Positions 29,828 to 38,796 of a stretch of DNA of 44,532 nt are shown one piece after another. The notes below the pieces were generated by a model, which was not told where the DNA came from, ran no database searches, and saw only the letters and a list, made by a program, of their open reading frames with translations. The stretch lies in sequence record SRR31156797_4184; one strand, written 5' to 3'. Position numbers and translations under genes: made by a program. Each line of letters starts with the position of its first letter. Within the stretch, counting starts at the first letter, position 1.

Positions 29828-29861
29828 TTTGTTTGTGTTTTGTTGAGTTATTAAAGCACAC

Positions 29862-29892
29862 CAAAGATATGGAGTTTCTCACCAATTTCAAA
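29862..29892 (-). promoter_or_regulatory. Complete Bacteroidota sigma-A promoter for the T9SS cargo gene
   Basis: TTTG (29892-29889), 19-nt spacer, TATCTTTG (29869-29862) on -. Confidence 0.7.
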
Positions 29893-29901
29893 CAGATTGA
29901 C

Positions 29902-29910
29902 GGGGGGGGG
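29902..29910. repeat. G9 homopolymer tract
   Basis: Nine consecutive G in an AT-rich intergenic region. Confidence 0.9.
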
Positions 29911-29952
29911 CTTTTTAAGAAAAATTAACAAATGTGATATGTTAATCCATTT

Positions 29953-30039
29953 TGTTGGTTACTACCTGCAAAAAACTTTTAAAAGTGTTGGTTGCTACCT
30001 GCAAAATTCAATTCAAATTTTGGGCTGGAATCTACAAAT
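29953..30039. repeat. 21-bp direct repeats with 33-bp period (two near-perfect, one degenerate)
   Basis: tgttggttactacctgcaaaa (29953) and tgttggttgctacctgcaaaa (29986), 20/21 identical; tttgggctggaatctacaaat (30019) matches copy 2 at 13/21. Confidence 0.8.
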
Positions 30040-30124
30040 AGCCCCTAACTAAATCTTCTCCAACTTGAAAAATCAAAAACTGTTTTTCCTATCTTTACCC
30101 TCCTAATGCGAAAAACCAGAGCTT

Positions 30125-31030
30125 ATGCAAAAAATCAAAACCTTGCTTGTTGAAGATGAGAAAATTGCATTGATCACCCTGAAATCACTTCTCGAAAAAC
30201 ACTTTTCAGAAATCGAAGTGGTAGGTTCCGCGAGCACAGTTTCGGGGAGCATCCAAAAAATCAGGGAATTAAAGCCCGACCTTGTCTTTCTTGATATATC
30301 ACTTCCTGATGGCGAGGGTTTTGAAGTGTTGAAAGATTTTCAAACCAAAACTTTCGAAACCATCTTCACTACTGCCCACGAAAGGTATGCCCTGAAAGCT
30401 TTCGATTTTTTTGCCATTCATTACCTGGTAAAACCCGTTACCCTGGAACGGTTGAAAGATGCCATCGAACGATACCATGCAGTAAGAAAGGTTGAAGAAG
30501 AAGAGCAAAAAGTACTGGCAGAAAGTAAACAGGATTTAACTGCCTTGATCAGTCAGGGCGAAAACCATCGCCTGGAGTTTAAATCATCTTTGCGTTGGGA
30601 TTATCGGGAAAACCGTGCCAACAAAAAACTTGAAGAGGTCATCATGAAATCCATTGCGGCGTTTAACAATGCCAAAGGTGGCGTACTGTTTATTGGTGTG
30701 GATGATGACGGCAATACCCTTGGATTGGAAAAGGATTATGCTACGATGAAAAAACCGGATAAAGACCATTTCGAATTACACCTCCGAAACTTAATTCACG
30801 ACAATTACAGTGTGGCATACGCATCAAAATTCCTGAATATCAGTTTTCCCAGCATCAATGGCAAAGAAGTTTGCATGATCGAAATTCAAAAAGGAGATGA
30901 ACCGCTTTATACCACTGTAACCAATAAAGGCGGGGCTAAGGTGGAAAAGTTTTTTGTGCGCTCGGGCAATACTTCGCAGGAACTGGTGAAACCCAGCCGG
31001 ATTATGAATTATATGAAAGTGCGGTTTTAA
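30125..31030 (+). CDS. Response regulator: LytR/AlgR-type receiver fused to a Schlafen/AlbA_2 domain
   Basis: REC with E10-D11, D57 (VFLDISLP), T83 and K103. C-terminal GENHRLEFKSSLRWD...IAAFNNAKGGVLFIGVDDDG...FFVRSGNTS. Confidence 0.88.
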   Translation: MQKIKTLLVEDEKIALITLKSLLEKHFSEIEVVGSASTVSGSIQKIRELKPDLVFLDISLPDGEGFEVLKDFQTKTFETIFTTAHERYALKAFDFFAIHYLVKPVTLERLKDAIERYHAVRKVEEEEQKVLAESKQDLTALISQGENHRLEFKSSLRWDYRENRANKKLEEVIMKSIAAFNNAKGGVLFIGVDDDGNTLGLEKDYATMKKPDKDHFELHLRNLIHDNYSVAYASKFLNISFPSINGKEVCMIEIQKGDEPLYTTVTNKGGAKVEKFFVRSGNTSQELVKPSRIMNYMKVRF

Positions 31031-31812
31031 CGCCGCACATAACCTTTGATGGCCTGGTAAATGATGGTGGAAACAATCAGGAAAATACTTGCCGACGCAA
31101 AAATGATCACCGAAAAGGAAGAGGATTCCCCCACCGAAACGCGTTTGGAGATTATCCCCACGAAAGCCCAGATGATGACCAGGCTATAAAAAAGGTCTCT
31201 CCTTGTAAACAAAACAACAAGGGTGATAAGGGTTGCCACCGATATCATAAAAGCGGTCCAAACTTCCGCAGCAAGTCCAAACCCATTCCAGTTTAAATCG
31301 ATAAGCAGCGTTGAGGCATTGGCTATGGTGGCAACAGTAATCCAGCCCAGGTAAATACTAAAAGGCATATGGACAAGATACCTTTGATTTTTACTAACGA
31401 TCCGGTGCCCAATACCCAGCCTCAGGTAAACAACAATCAGTGAAACCAGGATAACCAGCATCAAAAGCATCGAAAGCCACACCACCTGGTGATGCCATGC
31501 AAAAATCCAGGCCATATTTCCCAACGATGAAATCATGAACCATGGCCCTGTTTTCAACAGGTAATCATTTTGGGGGATGTTACTGTTTCCGAAAATTCCT
31601 TTAGACTGGTAAACGACAAAGATGATCAGTAAAATATAAATAACGCCCCATATGGAAAATGTAAATCCCGCCGGAGTAAAAAGGCTGGGGTAAAGATCAG
31701 AAAGTTCACCCGTGGTTTTCCCTGCAATGGGCAGTGCGTTGGCCAGGACGTTTATGGTAATCACTCCCGCCAGCGACAAAATGTTTAGTATTTGAAATGC
31801 CTTGATTTTCAT
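31027..31812 (-). CDS. TspO/MBR-like tryptophan-rich membrane protein
   Basis: NVLANALP..G.TTGELSDLYPSLFTPAGFTFSIWGVIY, NMAWIFAWH, PFSIYLGWITVATIAN; multi-TM. Confidence 0.8.
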   Translation of the reverse strand: MKIKAFQILNILSLAGVITINVLANALPIAGKTTGELSDLYPSLFTPAGFTFSIWGVIYILLIIFVVYQSKGIFGNSNIPQNDYLLKTGPWFMISSLGNMAWIFAWHHQVVWLSMLLMLVILVSLIVVYLRLGIGHRIVSKNQRYLVHMPFSIYLGWITVATIANASTLLIDLNWNGFGLAAEVWTAFMISVATLITLVVLFTRRDLFYSLVIIWAFVGIISKRVSVGESSSFSVIIFASASIFLIVSTIIYQAIKGYVRR

Positions 31813-31825
31813 AATTTATCTATTG

Positions 31826-31987
31826 AGAGGATGTCTAAAAAGTCTTAGTGAAACTTTGTGTCTTCTCAGTGCTCCTTTGTGGTATAGCCTAAGTTGCTTT
31901 TTCACAAAGCTTCACAAAGCAGTCTCGAAGTTACACAAAGTAAAGTTGACCAGAAACACGATTTTTTTAACTTTTTGGACAGCCTCT
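31826..31987. mobile_element. MITE-like element with 18-bp terminal inverted repeats
   Basis: Left agaggatgtctaaaaagt versus reverse complement of right end agaggctgtccaaaaagt (16/18). Interior has repeated ctttgtg / cacaaag complementary units and no transposase. Confidence 0.65.
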
Positions 31988-31993
31988 TTCATC

Positions 31994-34102
31994 TTATTTC
32001 CTTTCCCAAGCTGTAAAATTCGACAACGTATGCTGGAATTTATTTTGGGTTTCCCGTATCACAAAAGGAACTTTAAAAGGCCCGTCAATCAGCTTGAAAT
32101 TGTTATCCAAATGCTGGTGCAACCCATCAAGTGTTGTTACCGGTTCGCCATCTTCCTTGTAGCCGCCCAGCCACTTTTCGCGTTTGGTATATTCCTCCAG
32201 CCATGTGTATGGAGATGCAATCACCAGGATTCCTCCCGGATTCAGTCTTTCATGGATCATGTCCAGGAACTTACCCGGATCATAAAGCCGGTCGATCAGG
32301 TTGCCGGCAAAGATCAGGTCATAATTGGTAAATTGTGGTTTCAGATTTACTGCATCAGCCTGGAAAAATTCTACTTTATCGATCAAATTACGGAATCCCA
32401 GTTTTTCAAGCGAAACCTCATGATAAGAAACCAGTTCACCTTCTTCGGGCAGCACATAGCGTATGATGCCTTTTTTAATCAGGTCGTCGGCAATGCGGAT
32501 AAATCGTGCGGAAAAGTCGAGGCCGGTAACAAAATCGAATTTCCTTGCCAGCTCAAATGTTGAACGACCAGTGGCACAACCCAGATCAAGGGCGCGTTTC
32601 ATGGGTTTTCCGTCCAAATATTTCAGGCATATCTCAGCTGAAGCTTTTGGGAAATTGGGTATGTTGTAATATTCTTTTCCGTAATGCGACTCGCAGTATT
32701 GCGAAACCAGATCATCGGTTTCATACACATCTTCACGGATTTTCACAGGTGCATCCGTTTCGATGTACCTCAACCCGGCATGCTGAAAAAAATGCCTGCG
32801 GAAAGCATATCGTGAATCCCTGGTGGCCTCATTACCGGTAGAAATCCATGAGCCTCCTTTGATGAGATTGTGTTTGGTATCGAAAGTAGGTGTGGAAAAA
32901 TCATCGTACAATGGATGTACTTCAAAACCCGGGAATCCTGTTATCGGGGTTTCTGTCCATTGCCAAACATTCCCCACCACATCATAAAAACCACCAAACT
33001 TAAACATATCAACAGGCACTGAAGAAGCAGCTACTTCCAGGTTGATATTTCCGGGGGCCTCTTGCCAGTATGGCTGATCGGGGATGTTGTGCTGATCCCT
33101 GAAATGATACCACTCCTCTTCGATGGGCAACCTCAGTTTTTTACCGGTTTTTTTACTTTTCCAGTTGGTGAAAGCCTTGGCTTCGAGATAGTTTACCTCT
33201 ACAGGCCAGTTCCAGGGCATTTCGATAATTTCGAGCATGGTCCTGAAGTTCCAGGAACCATCACTGTTTTGGATCCAGAAAAGTGGGTGTGTGGCTTGTT
33301 TGTAATTGCGCCAGTTCCAACCTTCTTCAGTCCAGAATTCCTGCTGTTGGTAAGCTCCGTCATCTACAAATTCAAGGAACTCCCGGTTGGAGACCAGGTA
33401 TTTCGAAGCTTTGAAAGGGTGAATTTCTTCGGTGATTTTTCCGTATTCATTATCCCATCCATAAAGTGGATGATCTTTTTTCTTGCCAAGGGTAAGCTCG
33501 CCCCCGGGTACACTTATCAGTTCATTTTCCGGAGCTTCGCCCCATTGGTCATGAATTTTCCACAACGGATGTTGAACCACCTGATCAATCGGAAGCTGAC
33601 GTATCAGCACGGAGGAGGTCTCCAGGTGGATGCGTTCATGTTCGATTCCCATCATAATGGCCCACCATGGGTTGTCCCAGTTAATGGGCATTTCCAGCGG
33701 CATGGTTTTTATCAGATTGTCGATCACACCGCGAACTTTATCGCGATAATCCCTGACTTCCTGAACGGTTGGCCAGTCGTAGTTTTTCTCATCCAGGTCA
33801 TCCCACGACATTTCATCCACGCCGATGGCAAAAATGGATTCAAAGCGCGGATTGATTCTTTTTTCGATCAATTTGGCCAGGATCAGTTTGTTAACATAAA
33901 AAACGGCTGTATGTCCCAGGTAAAAAATCAGTGGGTGACGCAGTGGGTCAGCGCGCATATAAAAAGTTTCATCGCTTTTCAGGGCCTCATAAAGCTTTTC
34001 ATCTATGTCGTAAGTCTTGTGGAAGTATTCCAGGATTTCTTTTCTTTTTTCTTCGGAAGTTCCCTTATTCAGAAGCGTTGTTTTGGTGATCAATGAGTCC
34101 AT
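31994..34102 (-). CDS. ovoA: 5-histidylcysteine sulfoxide synthase / methyltransferase (ovothiol biosynthesis)
   Basis: DinB-like domain LRHPLIFYLGHTA, GVDEMSWDDL and Fe motif EHERIHLETS; FGE-like domain YGWDNEYG, GNVWQW, HPLYDDFS, RYAFRRHFFQHAG; C-terminal SAM-MT ALDLGCATGR, NLIDRL, SPYTW. Confidence 0.93.
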   Translation of the reverse strand: MDSLITKTTLLNKGTSEEKRKEILEYFHKTYDIDEKLYEALKSDETFYMRADPLRHPLIFYLGHTAVFYVNKLILAKLIEKRINPRFESIFAIGVDEMSWDDLDEKNYDWPTVQEVRDYRDKVRGVIDNLIKTMPLEMPINWDNPWWAIMMGIEHERIHLETSSVLIRQLPIDQVVQHPLWKIHDQWGEAPENELISVPGGELTLGKKKDHPLYGWDNEYGKITEEIHPFKASKYLVSNREFLEFVDDGAYQQQEFWTEEGWNWRNYKQATHPLFWIQNSDGSWNFRTMLEIIEMPWNWPVEVNYLEAKAFTNWKSKKTGKKLRLPIEEEWYHFRDQHNIPDQPYWQEAPGNINLEVAASSVPVDMFKFGGFYDVVGNVWQWTETPITGFPGFEVHPLYDDFSTPTFDTKHNLIKGGSWISTGNEATRDSRYAFRRHFFQHAGLRYIETDAPVKIREDVYETDDLVSQYCESHYGKEYYNIPNFPKASAEICLKYLDGKPMKRALDLGCATGRSTFELARKFDFVTGLDFSARFIRIADDLIKKGIIRYVLPEEGELVSYHEVSLEKLGFRNLIDKVEFFQADAVNLKPQFTNYDLIFAGNLIDRLYDPGKFLDMIHERLNPGGILVIASPYTWLEEYTKREKWLGGYKEDGEPVTTLDGLHQHLDNNFKLIDGPFKVPFVIRETQNKFQHTLSNFTAWERK

Positions 34103-34138
34103 GTTGGTTTTTTAAATTTTCACTTTTTAGTTATCAAA

Positions 34139-34146
34139 CAAAGCTA
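34139..34146 (-). promoter_or_regulatory. -7 promoter element for ovoA
   Basis: caaagcta = TAGCTTTG on -. Confidence 0.5.
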
Positions 34147-34272
34147 CACACCTAATGTTTATTTGCAGTGTATCCTTTTTAACAGATACTTTCAGGTATA
34201 TTGAACCATAAACATTTCAGCCCGTTTGCTGTTTGATTTGTAAATTACAGTTTTAGATAATCATAACCAATT

Positions 34273-34755
34273 TTGCTTGAGAATATGACATGGTATTTCG
34301 CAATCCCAATCGTTTTGGCTGCATTTCTTTTTATGGAATTTGTAGCCTGGTTTACACATAAATTTGTGATGCATGGATTTTTGTGGGTGCTACACCGCGA
34401 CCATCATCACCGTGATGGAAGAAAATGGGAATGGAATGACACATTCGCTGTTATGTTTGCCATCCCGAGTATTTTGCTCATAAATTACGGAACGCCCTCT
34501 TACGATTACCGGTTTTGGATTGGCATAGGTATTTTGTTTTATGGCATCGCCTATTTTCTTTTTCATGATGTATATGTTCACCAGCGCGTAAAAATGTTGG
34601 GTGGGTTGAAAAATCGCTATCTGGATGCCACAGTAAAAGCGCATTTGGATCACCACGGGCCGAAATTTTACGGTAACTATGGTTTTTTAATTGCGCCATT
34701 GTCATATTACAGGGAAGAGTTCAACAAAAAAAAGAAGCAAAAGGCTGCTGCATAA
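34273..34755 (+). CDS. crtZ: Beta-carotene hydroxylase
   Basis: ME..AW.THKFVMHG.LW.LHRDHH, EWND.F, YFLFHDVYVHQR and AHLDHH His boxes. Start may be ATG 34285. Confidence 0.88.
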   Translation: MLENMTWYFAIPIVLAAFLFMEFVAWFTHKFVMHGFLWVLHRDHHHRDGRKWEWNDTFAVMFAIPSILLINYGTPSYDYRFWIGIGILFYGIAYFLFHDVYVHQRVKMLGGLKNRYLDATVKAHLDHHGPKFYGNYGFLIAPLSYYREEFNKKKKQKAAA

Positions 34756-36063
34756 ATGAAGCCGGCAACAATATATTGGTACCGCAGGGATTTGCGGACA
34801 CATGATAATGCTGGGCTTTATCATGCGCTGAACGACAGTGGAAATGTACTTCCCCTTTTTATTTTCGATACAGTAATCCTCGATAAGCTTGAGGATAAAC
34901 ACGATAAACGGATTACTTTCATTTACAGGCAGATTAAAAAGCTCAAATCAGTCTGGGAAGAAAAAGGGTCTACTTTGTTGATTCGACATGGCAAACCTGT
35001 GGAAATTTTTGCTGACCTGATGGAAAAATTTCAAGTAGAAGCCGTATATACCAACCACGATTATGAGCCTTATGCAACAGAAAGAGACGCTGCGATTGAA
35101 AAGTTACTCGCTGCAAAAGGGATCAAATTTAAATCCTTTAAAGATCAGGTGATCTTTGAAAAATCGGAGGTGGTAAAAGATGATGGTAAGCCCTACACTG
35201 TTTTCACGCCCTTCAGCCGCAAGTGGCGCGCAGCGCTTAATCCCAAAAAATTCGAATCTTTTCCTTCGGAGAATATTTTGAACAGCTGCCTTAAAACAGA
35301 ACCTGAACAGAATTTTAATCTTGATGAAACAGGATTTAAACTGGTGGATACAGATTTCCCGGATTCGGATCCTGACAAGGAGATCATCAAAAACTACGAT
35401 AAAGCCCGCGACATACCCTCGCTGAATGGAACCAGCAGGCTTGGAGTGCATTTGCGTTTCGGCACCATTAGCATCAGGAGGCTTGCCAAATATGCATTCG
35501 ACAACAATGATGTTTTTCTAAACGAGTTGATCTGGCGCGAATTTTACATGATGATCCTCTGGAATTTCCCGCAAGTCGTTGATCACGCTTTTAAGCCACA
35601 ATACGACAACATCGAATGGATCAACGATGAAAAACAGTTTGAAGCCTGGTGCAGTGGAAATACCGGGTATCCTATTGTGGATGCTGGAATGCGGCAACTT
35701 AACCAGGCCGGCTACATGCACAACCGTGTTCGAATGATCACAGCCAGTTTTTTAACCAAGCACCTGCTCATCGACTGGCGGTGGGGCGAGGCTTATTTTG
35801 CCGAAAAACTGCTGGATTTTGAATTGGCATCCAACAACGGAGGCTGGCAGTGGGCCGCAGGTTCTGGATGCGATGCCGTACCTTATTTCAGGGTGTTTAA
35901 TCCGGAACTGCAAACCAAAAAGTTTGATCCGGAATTGAAATACATCAAAAAATGGGTGCCTGAGTTTCAGGAAATCAATTACCCAAAACCCATTGTTGAT
36001 CACAAATTTGCGCGTGATAGAGCCCTCTCCGCATACAAAAAGGCATTACAGGCTGCGGAATAA
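34756..36063 (+). CDS. phrB: Deoxyribodipyrimidine photolyase
   Basis: WYRRDLRTHDN, PYTVFTPF, TSRLGVHLRFGTIS, ELIWREF, GYPIVDAGMRQL, MHNRVRM, ASNNGGWQW, YFRVFNP. Confidence 0.95.
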   Translation: MKPATIYWYRRDLRTHDNAGLYHALNDSGNVLPLFIFDTVILDKLEDKHDKRITFIYRQIKKLKSVWEEKGSTLLIRHGKPVEIFADLMEKFQVEAVYTNHDYEPYATERDAAIEKLLAAKGIKFKSFKDQVIFEKSEVVKDDGKPYTVFTPFSRKWRAALNPKKFESFPSENILNSCLKTEPEQNFNLDETGFKLVDTDFPDSDPDKEIIKNYDKARDIPSLNGTSRLGVHLRFGTISIRRLAKYAFDNNDVFLNELIWREFYMMILWNFPQVVDHAFKPQYDNIEWINDEKQFEAWCSGNTGYPIVDAGMRQLNQAGYMHNRVRMITASFLTKHLLIDWRWGEAYFAEKLLDFELASNNGGWQWAAGSGCDAVPYFRVFNPELQTKKFDPELKYIKKWVPEFQEINYPKPIVDHKFARDRALSAYKKALQAAE

Positions 36064-36096
36064 AAATGCAAGCCCCGACATGAATTTGCGTATTTT

Positions 36097-38145
36097 TTAA
36101 TCACGTTCCATAATCTTCAAAAATTCATCTTCGAAATAACTAAAAAGTCGAACCGAACCCTGAATAGAGAGGTGGTCTTTATCACTAAAATATATAGTTG
36201 TACCTTCCTGGCTTAGGCACTTTTCTTCATCACAAAATGGTTCGGATGGATCGATGAAATAGAAATTTTCCTTTTCGAGAAAATAGTTTTTCATAAACCG
36301 GTTCAATTGTACTGAAGATTCCTCATGGGCAAATGACGTGGATGGTTCGGAAATATAAGACAGGTATTTAGGTTTCATCAGTTTTTCGATGTAATTAACC
36401 TCCTCATACCTTATCGGTGATTCACCCATTACCACAATTTTCCTTTTTTTCCCGACTAGCGACCTGAGTTTTTCAATTTTTTGGCAAAGCAACGTATATG
36501 CATGGGGTTTGTCCTGATCACTGTATTCGAGGTAATTGCCCTGGCTGTCAACCATCTCACTAGTATCGAAGAGTCTGAAACGCCAATAATAACTGATTAC
36601 CAATACAGCTTCAGGATTGTTGTTGATCATATTAAGTTTGGCCTGAAAAAGCGAATCCGAATCCACGGTACACTGTTGCCCTTTTGGAATAACCTCTGGC
36701 AGCAAAAAACATTTCAGGTATGAAACATACGCATTCTTATGGTTCTTTTTTACAAATACGGAGTCAACGCCGGCAGCAAAATGCCCTGTGTGACTATCTC
36801 CCATAAAAATCACGTCGAAGGTGTTTTTGGGATTGTCTTCGCTCTTCAAAACCGCATCAAACCAATATCCTGCACTTCCCCAGTTATTAATGTGAAAATC
36901 CACCGGGACTCCAATCTCCTCGATCAAAGCCAGATTTTTGTCGCTTAACCGCCAAAGCCAGCCATCATTATTTCTGACATTATTCATTGCAAAAAATGAA
37001 CTCCCGATAAACAGAATCAGCATCGATCCCATCTTTGCATACTCAAGCCCTTTTGTTTTTAGCTTTCTAAACCGGAAAGGTGATTCATAATATTTGTAAA
37101 CAATCATCGAGATTACAATCGACATGACAAACAATACTGTGCCACTTACAAGTTCGAGTGGTTTGTTGGTGAGGTGTTTATAAAAAACAATCAATGGCCA
37201 GTGGAACAGGTAGATGGTATAACTGGCGTTTCCAATGTCCCGGATGGTTTTGTTGAAATAAAAACCGTGAAACACTTTTCCGGGCGGAACCAGTATTAAA
37301 ATTGCCACGCCCAAACATGGTAAAATATTAAGCAGGCTCAGGTATTTCAGGTTTTCATCAAAGCTCACTGCCGGTAACAGGATCAATAAAAACCCGGTAA
37401 TGATGGCTGTGATTCTGATAAACCCATTTTTAAAATTAGCCATTGGGATAAAAACCAGCATTGCCCCGATTAAAAACTCATAAGTGCGAAATGGTAAGAG
37501 AAAAAATACCATCGAAAGCACATCAACCTGTTCCCCTTCGCGGTGGGATAATAGGCTGAGCAGTTTATCCGAAACGCCGTTACCGGTGATATAAAAAGTA
37601 AAAGCAAATCCGGCAACAAGCAGGGCGAGGGTAAAAACCCATGTTTTTATTTTTCCTGATAACTTTAAAAAAAGAAACAAGGTGAGTGGCCAGATGAAGT
37701 AATATTGTTCTTCAATTGAAAGCGACCAGGTGTGAAGCATGGGTTTAAGCTTTGCAGCAGTATCAAAATATCCGGTTTCTCCCAGGAAATAGAAATTCGA
37801 CAGTGCCACAGACCCCATAAAAATGGATTCGGTGAGTTGGATAAAATCGGAGGGTGAAAGCAGTAGAATGCCCAAAATGAAAACCAATACGGAGGTTAGT
37901 AAAAATGAGGGAAGCAGGCGTTTTACCCGGCGATAGTAAAACCTTACAAAGTTGAATTTGCCGGTTGTTTTGAATTCGTGGGTGATGTTTCGTGTAATTA
38001 AAAAACCACTGATCACAAAAAACACATCCACACCAAGAAAACCTCCTTTGAAAAAGATCAGGTCAACATGGAACAGCAATACAAGTAAAACTGACACAGC
38101 CCGCAATGCATCAATATGATCGAGGTATTTTAGCTTTGATATCAA
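36097..38145 (-). CDS. Acyltransferase-3 / SGNH fusion (OafA/OatA-like O-acyltransferase)
   Basis: IDALRAVSV..V..FH, GGFLGVDVFFVISGFLIT, FYYRRVKRL, HTWSLSIEEQYY, SYTIYLFHWP; SGNH motifs GDSH and DKDHLS. Confidence 0.92.
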   Translation of the reverse strand: MISKLKYLDHIDALRAVSVLLVLLFHVDLIFFKGGFLGVDVFFVISGFLITRNITHEFKTTGKFNFVRFYYRRVKRLLPSFLLTSVLVFILGILLLSPSDFIQLTESIFMGSVALSNFYFLGETGYFDTAAKLKPMLHTWSLSIEEQYYFIWPLTLFLFLKLSGKIKTWVFTLALLVAGFAFTFYITGNGVSDKLLSLLSHREGEQVDVLSMVFFLLPFRTYEFLIGAMLVFIPMANFKNGFIRITAIITGFLLILLPAVSFDENLKYLSLLNILPCLGVAILILVPPGKVFHGFYFNKTIRDIGNASYTIYLFHWPLIVFYKHLTNKPLELVSGTVLFVMSIVISMIVYKYYESPFRFRKLKTKGLEYAKMGSMLILFIGSSFFAMNNVRNNDGWLWRLSDKNLALIEEIGVPVDFHINNWGSAGYWFDAVLKSEDNPKNTFDVIFMGDSHTGHFAAGVDSVFVKKNHKNAYVSYLKCFLLPEVIPKGQQCTVDSDSLFQAKLNMINNNPEAVLVISYYWRFRLFDTSEMVDSQGNYLEYSDQDKPHAYTLLCQKIEKLRSLVGKKRKIVVMGESPIRYEEVNYIEKLMKPKYLSYISEPSTSFAHEESSVQLNRFMKNYFLEKENFYFIDPSEPFCDEEKCLSQEGTTIYFSDKDHLSIQGSVRLFSYFEDEFLKIMERD

Positions 38146-38295
38146 CTGATAAGGTGATTCGTAAAACTTGATTGCAAAACTAGAAATTATACATCATACA
38201 ACCTGTCTGATCATCACGATTCAATTTCTAACATTTATTGATAATCATTAAACAATTGTGATTTAAATTTATTTAAATGATAAAAACGTTACATA

Positions 38296-38754
38296 ATGAA
38301 AATTTTAGAAGGATCCCATGTTCCGGATTTCGAACTTCCTGACAAGAACGGAAGATTGCTCAAAATAAAGGATTTGATTGGAAAATCGAATCTTGTCATT
38401 TATTTCTACCCCAAAGATGAAACTGCAGGATGTACAGCCGAGGCATGCTCATTCAGAGACCAATATGCTGATTTCGCGGATGTTGGGGCAGAAGTTATTG
38501 GGATAAGTTCCGATTCAGTAAAAGAACACAGGCAATTTGCCGAAAAACACAACCTCCCGTTTACTTTGCTTAGTGATGAAAACAAAAAAGTGCGCAAGGC
38601 ATTTGGTGTGCCCGCTGGTATGCTTGGTCTGGTTCCGGGAAGGGTAACCTACGTTGTTGATAAAAAGGGCATCGTACGTCATGTTTTTAATTCCCAGATA
38701 AACGTTACAAAGCATGTTGATGAGTCAATCCGAATTCTGAAACAATTGAATTAA
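38296..38754 (+). CDS. bcp: Peroxiredoxin, BCP/PrxQ type
   Basis: YFYPKDETAGCTAEACSFRD (CxxxxC), GISSD, GRVTYVVD. Confidence 0.92.
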   Translation: MKILEGSHVPDFELPDKNGRLLKIKDLIGKSNLVIYFYPKDETAGCTAEACSFRDQYADFADVGAEVIGISSDSVKEHRQFAEKHNLPFTLLSDENKKVRKAFGVPAGMLGLVPGRVTYVVDKKGIVRHVFNSQINVTKHVDESIRILKQLN

Positions 38755-38796
38755 TATTTGTACTTTTCCGACATTTGTAAAAAAAAGTTTTCACGC

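Noticed and set aside
29953-30039. Possible CRISPR mini-array
   Set aside because: Only 2-3 units with 12-bp spacers and no cas genes; fits operator repeats better.
33062-34096. 344-aa plus-strand ORF (and the 253-aa ORF at 31802-32563) antisense to ovoA
   Set aside because: Both are in the same antisense shadow frame of a well-conserved gene and have no recognisable motifs; one crosses the MITE-like element.
31994-34102. Selenometabolite (SenA/OvsA) or EgtB assignment
   Set aside because: A fused C-terminal methyltransferase and OvoA-type motifs are present, and no senB/selD or egtD lies nearby.
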